A DNA stretch of 64,000 bases, taken from the NCBI GenBank assembly GCA_001798855.1, contig MGQQ01000132.1, positions 4,421-68,420 of the forward strand, written 5' to 3'. The notes beneath the pieces are model-generated. The model saw nothing but the letters and a program-made list of their open reading frames with translations, ran no database searches and was not told where the DNA came from. The position numbers and the translations under genes are program-made. This stretch comes from Deltaproteobacteria bacterium RBG_16_49_23. Lineage in GTDB: Bacteria > Desulfobacterota > BSN033 > UBA1163. The stretch's first letter is position 1; every line of letters starts with the position of its first letter. Positions 50,839-60,600 of this stretch are shown piece by piece.

Positions 50839-51541
50839 GTAAAACCAGCTTTTCGAGGGCTTTGACGCGTGACTCCAGTGTGGTGAATCTCTTCTCCAGA
50901 TCGGCATAGGAAAACTTTATCATCGAACCCAACTCCTCTTTGACTTCATTAAACCCCGCTTTGATCTTCTCGTTTAATGCTGTGATCTCTTCCATTGTCT
51001 TTTTGATCTGGCCGCTGAGGTTTTCCACTCCTTCTCCCAGTTTATCCAAACCCCCCTTCCGCTCCTCTCTTGATTGAAGAAGAGTTACCCTTCCCTCTTC
51101 CTTGATCGACTGGAGGCCTGAGGCCATCTCCTGTCTCGATCGAAGAATGGCGCCATTCGTTTCTCCCCTGATGGCCTGAAGATTCGAACCTAACTCCTCT
51201 CTGGCCCGGTCGATGGATGAGCTTGTCTCCTCTTTCATCCTCTGAAGGGATGACTCTATGGATTGAATCGACTGGAGGAGTGTGGATTGAACCTTCCCGT
51301 CGAGTTTTTTCATCTCTTCTTTGATATCCTCACGGAAGGGATCGATCTCCACTTTCCCTTCCTTCTTCAACCCTTTCATTTCTGTTTTTATTCCTTCGAT
51401 CCATCCGAGGACAAGATCCTTATTCTCCTCCCTTAATTTACGGAAGTTGGTTCCGGTTTCCTGCCTTAGTCTTTCCACATCATCCCTTTTTGCAAAAACA
51501 AATAATTTCTGCTCCAATAATTCCATCAATTCTTTATCCAT
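50834..51541 (-). CDS. coiled-coil protein, function unknown
   Basis: A 235-aa protein, E/K/L-rich with a heptad-like pattern. Confidence 0.45.
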   Translation of the reverse strand: MDKELMELLEQKLFVFAKRDDVERLRQETGTNFRKLREENKDLVLGWIEGIKTEMKGLKKEGKVEIDPFREDIKEEMKKLDGKVQSTLLQSIQSIESSLQRMKEETSSSIDRAREELGSNLQAIRGETNGAILRSRQEMASGLQSIKEEGRVTLLQSREERKGGLDKLGEGVENLSGQIKKTMEEITALNEKIKAGFNEVKEELGSMIKFSYADLEKRFTTLESRVKALEKLVLP

Positions 51542-51806
51542 CTCGGTTTCCCACCTCCCTCATCAATTTAAATTCTTCAATATCATAGAGAACTTAGAAT
51601 ATCAATCTATTTTTTTGCCAATGTCTATCAAAATAGATTGTCATTTGCATTTTTTCCTTGACAAATAATTTAATTGTGTTATGTTTCACAAGACTTTGCT
51701 GCCATCTAACTATTTCATTTCCATTAAATTTTCAAGCGGGTTGTGGGGGGGGGTGAATAAGATTCCCGTTTCAAAAATTTTAAGAAAGGAAGGTGAATAA
51801 TTGGCT

Positions 51807-54800
51807 ATGAAGATTACGCGAAGAAGTTTTTTAAAGATTTCTGGCGCCACGGCCGCAGGGACCGTGATGGGCGGCCTGGGATTCGATCTTTCGCCGGTAG
51901 AATCCTATGCCCAGGAACTCCGGATTAAAGGGGCAAAGGAAACCACCACGGTCTGCTGTTACTGTTCGGTCGGCTGTGGAATCATTGTCCATACCGATGC
52001 CAAAGGAAAAGTGATTAACACCGAGGGCGATCCTGATCATCCGGCCAGTGAAGGCGGCCTCTGTGCAAAAGGAATGGCGCTCTATCAACTTGTAACCAAC
52101 AAAGATAGGTTAACAAAGGTCCTGTACAGGGCTCCCAATAGCGCAAAATGGGAAGCCAAATCCTGGGATTGGACCCTTACGGAAATTGCAAAGAGGATTA
52201 AGAAAAGCCGTGATGCCAGTTTCGTTCAGAAAAATGATAAAGACCAGGTCGTCAACCGGACCAATGGTATCGCCGGCGTCGGCTGCGCCCATGTCAATAA
52301 CGAGGAAGGCTGGCTCTACCAGAAATTCCTCCGGGCTTTGGGGTTAGTCTATATAGAATTTGAAGCCCGCCTCTGACACAGCTCCACTGTAGCGGCTCTG
52401 GGAGAGTCGTTCGGACGCGGAGCAATGACCAATAGCTGGACGGATATTGGGGTGAGCGATTGTATCCTCATTATGGGAAGCAATACGGCTGAAAACCATC
52501 CCGTTGCGATGAAATGGGTCTTAAGAGCACAGGAGAAAGGCGGAAAGATCATCAGCGTTGATCCGAGATTCACCCGTACCTCCGCCAAGGCAGATATCTA
52601 TGTGCCGATGCGGTCAGGAGGGGATATCGCTTTCCTGGGTGGGATGATCAAATATCTGCTTGATAAAGACCTTATCTTCAAAGATTATGTCGTGAACTAT
52701 ACCAATGCTCCGTTTATCGTGAGCGAAAAATATGGGTTCAAAGATGGCCTCTTCTCCGGCTACAACCCCGAAAAACGAGCCTATGATAAAGCGACCTGGG
52801 TTTTTGAAAGAGATGAAAAGGGAATCCCGAAAAAGGATATGACCCTGCAACATCCAGGATGCGTTTACCAACTGCTGAAGAAACATTATGCTCGATATGA
52901 CTTAGATACGGTTTCCAGCATCACCGGTACACCCAGGGCTGATCTGATGAAAGTCTATGAGACCTTTGGCGCTACTGGAAAACCGGATAGAGCAGGAACA
53001 ATGCTTTACGCCATGGGATGGACCCAGCATACCACAGGAACCCAGATCATCCGTGCGGGCTCGATGATCCAGTTGCTCTTGGGAAATATCGGAATGGCCG
53101 GAGGCGGAGTGAATGCATTGAGAGGTGAGTCCAACGTACAGGGAATAACTGACCATGCCTTACTCTTCCACATTCTGCCCGGTTATCTGCCCAATGTAAA
53201 TGCTGCGCTTGAAAATCTTGAAAAATATAACGCCACCACTCCAAAAACATCTGATTCGATGAGCGTCAACTGGTGGGGTAACAGACCCAAATATATCGCC
53301 AGTCTCCTCAAATCCTTCTATGGCGAAAACGCCGCCAAGGAGAATGATTTGGGATTTGGATGGCTCCCGAAGTTGGATGTGGGTCAGAATGCCTCCTGGC
53401 TCTTCATGTTCGATGAGATGTTTAATGGTAAATTTTCAGGGTTCCTCTGCATGGGAATGAATCCGGCTTGCTCGAGCCCAAATTCCAATAAGACCCGACA
53501 GGCATTGGCCAAGCTGGATTGGATGGTTGATATTGACCTTTTTGAGAACGAGACCAGTAGTTTCTGGAAGGGTCCCGGAATGGATCCCAAAAAGGTCAAG
53601 ACCGAAGTCTTCCTCCTTCCGGCAGCTTCTTCCGTTGAAAAGGAAGGAAGTGTCTCGGATAGTGCCAGAACAGGACAGTGGCGTAATAAAGCATCCGATC
53701 CTCCCGGTGATTCACAGGCAGATGGACAGATCGTCCACGACCTCTATATGAAAATAAAGGACCTCTACGCCAAAGAAGGAGGAGCCTTCCCCGATCCGAT
53801 CCTGAAATTAAAATGGGATTATGCAAAGGATGGAAAGGTTGATTGGCACGCTGTGGCAAAAGAGATCAACGGCTGCTTCACCGAAGATATTGCCGAACAT
53901 CCGGTAGATAAGAAGGCTTATAAGAAAGGAACACAGGTCCCCAATTTTGTCTTCCTTCTGGCTGACGGCCGTACCTCCTGCGGGAACTGGCTCTATTCTG
54001 GAAGCTACACTGAAGCAGGAAATATGATGGCCCGCCGGGATAAAACCCCTATCCCCACTGCCAACATTTTTCCCAGATGGGGCTGGGCATGGCCACTCAA
54101 TCGTCGGATCATTTACAACCGCGCCTCAGTTGACCTCAATGGAAAACCATGGGATCCAAAACGGGCAGTCATCCAATGGGATGGCTCCAAGTGGGTAGGC
54201 GATGTGCCGGATAATGCAGTCCCACCTATGGGCCTTCCGAACGGCAGATATCCCTTTATCATGAAGCCTGATGGAGTGGCCTCATTCTTTGGACCGGGAC
54301 TGGCGGATGGTCCCTTCCCGGAACATTATGAACCCCTGGAATGTCCTATTGAGAAGAATCCTCTCTCTTCGCAGAGGATCAATCCAGCCACGCCTATCTT
54401 CAAGGGCGAACTCGATAAGTTTACAACCTGCGATCCTAAATTTCCCTTTATTGCCACCACCTACCGTCTGACCGAGCACTGGCAGACAGGGCTCATGACC
54501 CGATATCAGCCATGGCTGGTGGAGGCAGAACCTCAGATGTTTGTTGAGTTAAGTATGGAATTGGCCAAACTGAGAGGGATCAAGAATGGAGATCGTGTCA
54601 CCCTCAGTTCCCCACGAGGAAAGATGTGGGCCAAGGCCATGGTGACCAACCGTATTAAACCCTTTCATGTTGCTGGTCAGACGGTCCATCTTGTTGGAAT
54701 GACATGGCACTACGGATGGATGGTCCCCAAGGATGGTGGGGATAGCGCCAACATCCTCACCCCGTCCATTGGAGACGCCAACACATTGATCCCGGAATAT

Positions 54801-54956
54801 AAGGTCTTCCAGGTTAATGTGACCAAAGAAGAGAAGCCCAAAGTGGAAAAGAAGCCTGAGCCAAAAGCCGAAGCCAAGCCAGCGCCAAAAGCTGAAGCGA
54901 AGCCTGAACCAAAACCCGAGGTGAAACCAGCCCCAAAAGCTGAGACAAAAAAGTAA
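51807..54956 (+). CDS. fdhA: formate dehydrogenase catalytic subunit, selenocysteine-containing (TGA at 52374-52376 read as Sec)
   Basis: A Tat signal (RRSFLK) and the 4Fe-4S motif CCYCSVGC. The sequence EARL-TGA-HSSTVAALGESFGRGAMTN matches the canonical FdnG/FdhF Sec context. ORFs 51801-52376 and 52425-54956 are in the same frame. Confidence 0.9.
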
Positions 54957-54973
54957 AGGAGGAGGTGATATAA

Positions 54974-55702
54974 ATGGCGGAAGGAAAATCATTCTTTGTA
55001 GATACGACGAAATGCACAGCATGTAGAGGATGTCAGGTTGCCTGCAAGCAATGGAATCAGCGGGCAGCAGAAAAAACATACAGTCAGGGAAGTCACCAGA
55101 ATCCTCCGGACCTTTCTTTTAACACCTGGAAATTGGTTCGATTCAGCGAAGTGCCCGGAGAGAAGGTGAATTACTACTTCTTCCCGGATCAATGCCGCCA
55201 CTGTGTCTCTCCTCCCTGCAAGGAGGTTGCGGAAGGAAAGGCAAAAGGCGCTATCCTGCAGGACGAGAAGACCGGGGCAGTCATCTTCAATCCGAAGATG
55301 AAGATCAAACCGGAAGATTTCAAGGAGATTCGGGAGTCCTGTCCTTACAATATCCCGAGGATCTCCGGCGCGGGAATCATGGCAAAATGCACCATGTGTT
55401 CCGACCGGATCAAAGAAGGGATGCTTCCAGCCTGTGTGAAAGCCTGCCCGACCGGAACGATGAATTTCGGCGAACGTAAAGCCATTCTCGAAATGGCCAA
55501 CAAAAGACTGGCAGAGGCAAAAGGTGTTTATAAAAATGCCATTCTGACAGATCCCAATGATATACGGGCGATCTACCTCCTTGTGGATGATCCGAAGAAG
55601 TATCATAAATTTGCAGTGGCAGAGAATACGATCGGAATCACAAGAAAGGTTGCTCTCAAACGCATTCTGAAACCTCTCAAAGAGTTCCAATGGCTCGGAT
55701 AA
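54974..55702 (+). CDS. fdhB: formate dehydrogenase iron-sulfur subunit
   Basis: Multiple CxxCxxCxxxCP ferredoxin motifs, about 240 aa. Confidence 0.85.
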   Translation: MAEGKSFFVDTTKCTACRGCQVACKQWNQRAAEKTYSQGSHQNPPDLSFNTWKLVRFSEVPGEKVNYYFFPDQCRHCVSPPCKEVAEGKAKGAILQDEKTGAVIFNPKMKIKPEDFKEIRESCPYNIPRISGAGIMAKCTMCSDRIKEGMLPACVKACPTGTMNFGERKAILEMANKRLAEAKGVYKNAILTDPNDIRAIYLLVDDPKKYHKFAVAENTIGITRKVALKRILKPLKEFQWLG

Positions 55703-55728
55703 AACCCTGAAAAAGGGGGGTGTTGTCA

Positions 55729-55772
55729 GGGCTTGTTTCGGCACGGAAGTTCCGAAACAAGCCCGTTTTTTT
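55729..55772 (+). terminator. Rho-independent terminator after fdhB
   Basis: GGGCTTGTTTCG...CGAAACAAGCCC followed by GTTTTTTT. Confidence 0.7.
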
Positions 55773-55784
55773 CACCTCCGATGA

Positions 55785-55825
55785 CTCCCTCTCCCTTGAC
55801 GGGAGAGGGTTGGGGTGAGGGTGAA
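55785..55825. repeat. REP-like unit (CCCTCTCCCTTGACGGGAGAGGG plus a G-rich extension)
   Basis: Same family. Confidence 0.5.
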
Positions 55826-55842
55826 TATGGATGCCCCCCCTC

Positions 55843-55908
55843 CCCTGCCTTCGCCGAAGCGCCTGCCCTCCGCAAGGCTTCTGGAGGCGGGGCTACGCGC
55901 AGGCAGGC
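55843..55908. repeat. 66-bp structured repeat, copy B
   Basis: Near-identical to 43097-43164. Confidence 0.7.
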
Positions 55909-55929
55909 GTCAAGGGAGGGGAAGATCTT

Positions 55930-56799
55930 ATGGAATGGGAGACCTCATTGGAAAATCTTAAAAAAAGAATTCAACAACTGAAAAAGAAGAGACCCGCTTA
56001 TAAAGCCATTTTAGCTTTCTACCAGAAAGTCAAGGAAGAGCAGGAGAAGATCAAGCCTTCCCTGAAGATCGAACCCATCCCCCTGAAAAAGGAATGGAAG
56101 GATCTTCTGGCCAAAGAAGGTTTCCCCCTGCTCGAAAAGAAAGACTTTCCTCTCGATATCAATGTCTCCCTTACTCTATTTAACTCCCTCTGCCGGATCG
56201 GAAAAGAGGCAACTCCCCATATGGCGGAACAGGTGAAAAAGATCGAAGAACTTCTCAAAAATAAAAAAATAAGTCTAAAGAAGATATTTACCGGAGGCTT
56301 TGAGGAAGAAAGAATAGGCAAGGTCGCTGACGAATTCGGATTGGACGAAAAAGTATTACGCTTCCTCATTCAAGAGAGCATCAGGCCTTCCATTGAAGAA
56401 GGCTTGGAAAAGCTTCATAGTGAACTCGATCCTGAAACCTCGCTGAAGGGTTCCTGTCCGGTCTGCGGTTCCTTGCCTTATTTGAACCTCTTAAAAGGAG
56501 AGGGAGGAAAGAGGTTTCTCCTATGCTCTTTTTGCGGATATCAGTGGAGAGTCGATAGATTCTTCTGTGCCTTCTGTGGCAATAAAGAACAGGATTCCCT
56601 CGGCTATTTCCATGCAGAAGGAGAGGAAACCTATCGAATGGATACCTGCGAGAAGTGCCATCAATACATTAAAACGATCGATGCAAGAAATATTGAAATC
56701 ATCGATCCAGCATTAGAAGACCTTGCCACCCTCCACCTCGACCTCCTGGCCTCCCGGAAAGGTTATATAAGACCCGTCCCCAACCCCTGGATCCCATGA
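55930..56799 (+). CDS. fdhE: formate dehydrogenase accessory protein FdhE
   Basis: Paired CxxC motifs (CPVCGS, CSFCG, CAFCG, CEKCH). ATG 55930 is the plausible start; the track's longer ORF begins inside the repeat. Confidence 0.8.
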   Translation: MEWETSLENLKKRIQQLKKKRPAYKAILAFYQKVKEEQEKIKPSLKIEPIPLKKEWKDLLAKEGFPLLEKKDFPLDINVSLTLFNSLCRIGKEATPHMAEQVKKIEELLKNKKISLKKIFTGGFEEERIGKVADEFGLDEKVLRFLIQESIRPSIEEGLEKLHSELDPETSLKGSCPVCGSLPYLNLLKGEGGKRFLLCSFCGYQWRVDRFFCAFCGNKEQDSLGYFHAEGEETYRMDTCEKCHQYIKTIDARNIEIIDPALEDLATLHLDLLASRKGYIRPVPNPWIP

Positions 56800-56897
56800 C
56801 TTCCTATTCCCTAACCTGTGACTTCCATTGACTTCCCTCTCTCCGTTTAGTAAATTTGAATCGATATTCATTCATCTTTGATTGGTAGGAGGCAGAC

Positions 56898-57350
56898 ATG
56901 ATTTCAAGGAAACGTCTTTCCCCTTTCTTCAGGATCGTTTTTCTTTTATCCATCCTTCTATTCCTCGCCGCCTGTGAGCATTCCCCTGAGATCGGTCCAG
57001 GACCTTTGGCAGGATTTTCTGAAAAGGCGACCGCCCTGGTCACCACCACCGTCAGGGGTCAACTTAGAGACAATCCCCCAAAACAGACACTCCTTGCCGC
57101 ACAACTTCCATCTTTCGAAAAAACGGCCACCATGAATCAACTAATGGATGAACTTAAAGGGATAGATCCCCTGAAGAATCTTGCCTACCTCATTGAAACG
57201 GATATCATGTTTGAACTTCAGAAACCGGAACATCACTACGAAAGAAGTCATTTCAACTCATCGGAAATCCAGCGCGAGGTGGTCCTTGCAATCATCACCG
57301 GGATGAAGAGGGCGCTTGCCCAGCTCAAAGGAGGGAAAGGTGGCGCATAA
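56898..57350 (+). CDS. hypothetical lipoprotein
   Basis: A signal peptide with a lipobox (LFLAACE). Confidence 0.5.
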   Translation: MISRKRLSPFFRIVFLLSILLFLAACEHSPEIGPGPLAGFSEKATALVTTTVRGQLRDNPPKQTLLAAQLPSFEKTATMNQLMDELKGIDPLKNLAYLIETDIMFELQKPEHHYERSHFNSSEIQREVVLAIITGMKRALAQLKGGKGGA

Positions 57351-58320
57351 AAGGGCCCTGGTCTTAAGTGGCGGAGGGGCGAAAGGCGCCTTCACGGCAG
57401 GCGTGGTCAAATATCTGGCGGTTGAACGCGGACACCACTTCGATCTCGTCGTGGGAACCAGCACCGGCGCTCTGATCGCTCCCCTTGTGGCAACTCAGGA
57501 CATTGCCAACCTGATCCACTTTTACGAGAACGTGGAAGACCGGGATATCCTTACCGACCGCCCCGATCTCCTGGCCTTTCTCTTCTCCGACGCCCTCAAC
57601 GATACCAAACCCCTTGAGAGGCTGATCCATAAATTCTTTGGCGACAGAAGACGTTATGAGAGGCTCCTCCGGTCCTCCACAGAGATATTCGTCACTGTCG
57701 TCAATATGCAGACCGGAGAGATTGAATACGGAAACCAGCGCCAGGATCCAAAACCAACACTCCTCAAAAAGATCCTTGCCTCCGCATGCGTTCCTGTCAT
57801 GATGCCTCCCGTCAAAATCGGAAAATATCAGTATGTCGATGGAGGGGTGAAGGAGATTGCGCCCTTCGGGAAGGCGATGGATGAAGGGGCAACCCACATT
57901 GTCTCCGTTATCCTCTCCCCTGATCCACGGCATCGGGAGCCGGTCCGAAAAGAATTCACCGGATCCATGGAGATATTGAAGCGGACCCTCGCACTCCTGA
58001 CCGATGAGATAGTGGACAACGATCTGAAGACCGCAACGGTTTACAGCGAAGCCATTCGCTATCTCGATCAGATCAAGACTAATGCGAAAGAAAAACTCGA
58101 CCTACCCGATTCACAAATACGGAAGCTTTTTACAGGATTCGAAAATCCATTCCAGGGGAAAAGGGTCGTTGGAATCACAACCATCAGACCTGATGAAGAA
58201 TTGATGGAGTCCTCCCTGAACTTCGACCCTGACAAGATGCGGGAGATGGTTGACAAGGGATATCAAAAAGCAAAAGAAGTGGTCAGCCAGGAAATCACCC
58301 AGGGCACCGGCTTCTTCTAA
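57340..58320 (+). CDS. patatin-like phospholipase
   Basis: GGGAKG oxyanion motif, GTSTG serine motif, and D-G-G. The probable start is the GTG after GGAGG. Confidence 0.8.
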   Translation: MAHKRALVLSGGGAKGAFTAGVVKYLAVERGHHFDLVVGTSTGALIAPLVATQDIANLIHFYENVEDRDILTDRPDLLAFLFSDALNDTKPLERLIHKFFGDRRRYERLLRSSTEIFVTVVNMQTGEIEYGNQRQDPKPTLLKKILASACVPVMMPPVKIGKYQYVDGGVKEIAPFGKAMDEGATHIVSVILSPDPRHREPVRKEFTGSMEILKRTLALLTDEIVDNDLKTATVYSEAIRYLDQIKTNAKEKLDLPDSQIRKLFTGFENPFQGKRVVGITTIRPDEELMESSLNFDPDKMREMVDKGYQKAKEVVSQEITQGTGFF

Positions 58321-58372
58321 CCTGTGGGTCCGGAAACTGTTTCAATAACTCTCCATTAGCTACCTTTAACGT

Positions 58373-58765
58373 TCATACTGGTATCTCGAGCAAAATCTTA
58401 TCGTAATTCACTAACGGAGTGTTCTTTTCCCTGCCAACTTTCTTCTTCTTAATCTCCAACATGCCCGCCTGCGCGAGGAACTGAACATCATTAAAGGTAT
58501 TCTTAATATCCCGTTTCAGTTTTTTTGCCAACTCGTAGACGGAAGCGGGACGTTCCTTCCTGACGGTTCTGAGAACCCTCAACCGTTCCTCGGTCAGCAC
58601 TTTTCTCATGGAGTCGATACTATCGAAAGAGACGCCCTCATGCTTTTTGATCTTCTCACCGCTCTCGATCTTTTTGACGACTTCTTTAATTTCTTTGAGA
58701 ATCTCCTCATCGGATTTGATTGCAATTTTAATTTTTTTCACTTTCATCGTTTGCCTTCCCTCCAT
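58373..58765 (-). CDS. HVO_A0114-family winged-helix DNA-binding protein (putative antitoxin, TumA-like)
   Basis: ...RPASVYELAKKLKRDIKNTFNDVQFLAQAGMLEI... It overlaps the upstream small gene by 22 nt. Confidence 0.5.
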   Translation of the reverse strand: MEGRQTMKVKKIKIAIKSDEEILKEIKEVVKKIESGEKIKKHEGVSFDSIDSMRKVLTEERLRVLRTVRKERPASVYELAKKLKRDIKNTFNDVQFLAQAGMLEIKKKKVGREKNTPLVNYDKILLEIPV

Positions 58766-59046
58766 TTCATGACATCGCTCGCAAAGTCTTGCCAGAGCTT
58801 TTCGAGGCTTTGAAATTCATAAGGATACTCTTTGTCGCCGTAGTGCCTATGATCGCCCCTGCCCTCGGCGTTGTCATAGCCGATCACTCGCTGATCATTG
58901 ACGATGTACACGAAAGAATATTTGAATTCATGCGGCTTATCCGGGCTCTGTGGCACCCTCCATATTTTAAATTCGCGAAACGAACCATCCTCGAAATACT
59001 TCTTCTCATGATAAAGTAGTCCAGCCTTCCCAGCGCGATCCTTCAT
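58744..59046 (-). CDS. DUF6516/TumE-like small protein (putative toxin partner)
   Basis: A 100-aa protein, ...FKIWRVPQSPDKPHEFKYSFVYI..., forming a two-gene operon with the HTH protein. Confidence 0.4.
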   Translation of the reverse strand: MKDRAGKAGLLYHEKKYFEDGSFREFKIWRVPQSPDKPHEFKYSFVYIVNDQRVIGYDNAEGRGDHRHYGDKEYPYEFQSLEKLWQDFASDVMKWREGKR

Positions 59047-59452
59047 ATAGGTAATATAATACCAAACATTATAATTTATGTCAATAATTCCTATTTATGC
59101 GGAAAGAAGAAAAGAGTGGCGCCCCGCCATGCGCAGGATTGTCTTCCTCAGGAAGTCAGTACAACTCGCTCTAAGCGGACGGAGATCGCCGGAGAATACC
59201 CTCCCCGGCGGCAGGCAGGTGCAGAAGACCAAGCATCATTGTTTTAAATAAAAGTGGGTTTAAAAACCCGCCTCCCTCCTTCACACAATTATTTTCTGAA
59301 TGGATGATTATGTCAGAAAGAGAGAAAAAGGTTGAGGAGGCAGGTCTTGCAATACAGCTATTTAACTATCTTGACGCCTCTATCATTTTTTTGATAATGT
59401 TCTACCATCGCAAGGAGACCAAGTCTGGATGCCCCGGGGAGAATTTACCATA

Positions 59453-59635
59453 TTATTGGTTGGAGGAAGGTTTTTCAGGCAGGAAATTGGCGAAGTCTCT
59501 CGCCCAGTTCACATAAAATGGCGAACGATCCGGCCGTACCCTGTTCTCTTCGGCGCACGCACGGTATGCTTCCCAAAAACTATCGTACCCTTTAGAGGAA
59601 TTACGGAGATTCATGATTTTCACCATAGAAACCAT
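59453..59635 (-). pseudogene. intI: N-terminal remnant (60 aa) of a tyrosine recombinase, integron-integrase (IntI)-like
   Basis: ...RSPFYVNWARDFANFLPEKPSS matches the IntI N-terminal motif (IntI1 [22 protein letters not shown]; VchIntIA EAYLHWITRYIHFHNKKHPS). The ORF terminates after 60 codons, and no recombinase-like frame continues downstream. Confidence 0.4.
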
Positions 59636-59649
59636 TTTGATTTTAACAG

Positions 59650-59660
59650 GTTAGGCTAAC
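59650..59660 (+). other. attI-like core GTTAGGC(TAAC) immediately upstream of the intI remnant and before the first cassette gene
   Basis: It matches the GTTRRRY recombination core and is followed by an AT-rich inverted repeat TAATGATAG...TTATCATA. Confidence 0.35.
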
Positions 59661-59751
59661 ATCAGGCATGTAATGATAGACAGAATTATCATATCATAAT
59701 ATAATTTTTCCGTCTACTATCTGTTGGGCCTCATAATATGAAGGGAAAAAT

Positions 59752-60600
59752 ATGCATCCTCAAACATATCTAAAGACATTTTGGCGTTTGGAGTTGCGTT
59801 CCCAAGTATTTGTTGCAATGAGTTTTGCTCCACAATATGAGAGTAGATTTAAAAACGTAATTACGCCAGCAATCCAATCCTTAATTGTTGATGGTAGACG
59901 CCTAGAACCATATCGAGTAGACATATCTAAGTCTGGTGACTCCATACTCACCGATATCAGTGACGGAATTGCACACTGTCGCTTGGTATTAGCAGACGTT
60001 TCCTCAGTCGGGAGAGATGCAGTAACAGGGCAGCCATACCGAAATGCCAATGTAATGTATGAAGTTGGGATCGCGCTGGCATGCAGACACCCGAGCGAAA
60101 TTCTATTGTTAAGAGACGATCACGACAAGTTCCTTTTTGATGTAAGCACTGTCCCTCATATAACGCTTGATTTCACTAACACTGCTTCAGCAATTCAGGG
60201 TTTAGCAGAACATTTATTGGCTCGTATACGTGAACAGCGATTTATTAACGATGCTAGGATCCAGATAGCTATTTCTTCATTAAGTGCAGAAGAAATATTA
60301 TTGCTAAAGCAAATGCGAGAGTATACCATCACGACTGTTTGGGGCAGAGAGGTCAAAGGTTTGGCAAATTGGTATGCGTTGGCTACGTCGCGGCTGCTCG
60401 ATAAGGGCGTTATCAAATTGGCCGGAGAGTTTGAAGAGAATAAGCCTGCTTATACCTTCACACCCTTTGGTTATGTGGTTCATCAAGCCATCAATTCGAG
60501 CCTTCGTAAGTTTGAGGCTCAGAAACCTGAGACGCAGGCGCAGGCTTCACCGGAAGAGATCGAGAAGGCCCAACAAGAAAATCCAGCGGACGCGGAATAA
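59752..60600 (+). CDS. cassette 1: protein with an N-terminal nucleoside 2-deoxyribosyltransferase/SLOG/TIR-like (flavodoxin-fold) domain plus an unknown C-terminal domain
   Basis: VFVAMSFAP...CRLVLADVS...NANVMYEVGIALACRHP follows the NDT-like D/NxG(T)xxExGxAxAxGKP pattern. Confidence 0.5.
   Translation: MHPQTYLKTFWRLELRSQVFVAMSFAPQYESRFKNVITPAIQSLIVDGRRLEPYRVDISKSGDSILTDISDGIAHCRLVLADVSSVGRDAVTGQPYRNANVMYEVGIALACRHPSEILLLRDDHDKFLFDVSTVPHITLDFTNTASAIQGLAEHLLARIREQRFINDARIQIAISSLSAEEILLLKQMREYTITTVWGREVKGLANWYALATSRLLDKGVIKLAGEFEENKPAYTFTPFGYVVHQAINSSLRKFEAQKPETQAQASPEEIEKAQQENPADAE

Noticed and set aside
52374-52376. In-frame TGA splitting fdhA into ORFs of 191 and 843 aa (possible pseudogene)
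   Set aside because: The context EARL-TGA-HSSTVAALG is the canonical selenocysteine position of FdnG/FdhF-type enzymes, and both ORFs are in the same frame. I read it as Sec.
55831-55929. N-terminal extension of the fdhE ORF (MPPLPCLRRSACPPQGFW...)
   Set aside because: It is encoded by the 66-bp structured repeat. The conserved FdhE sequence begins at MEWETSLENL (ATG 55930).
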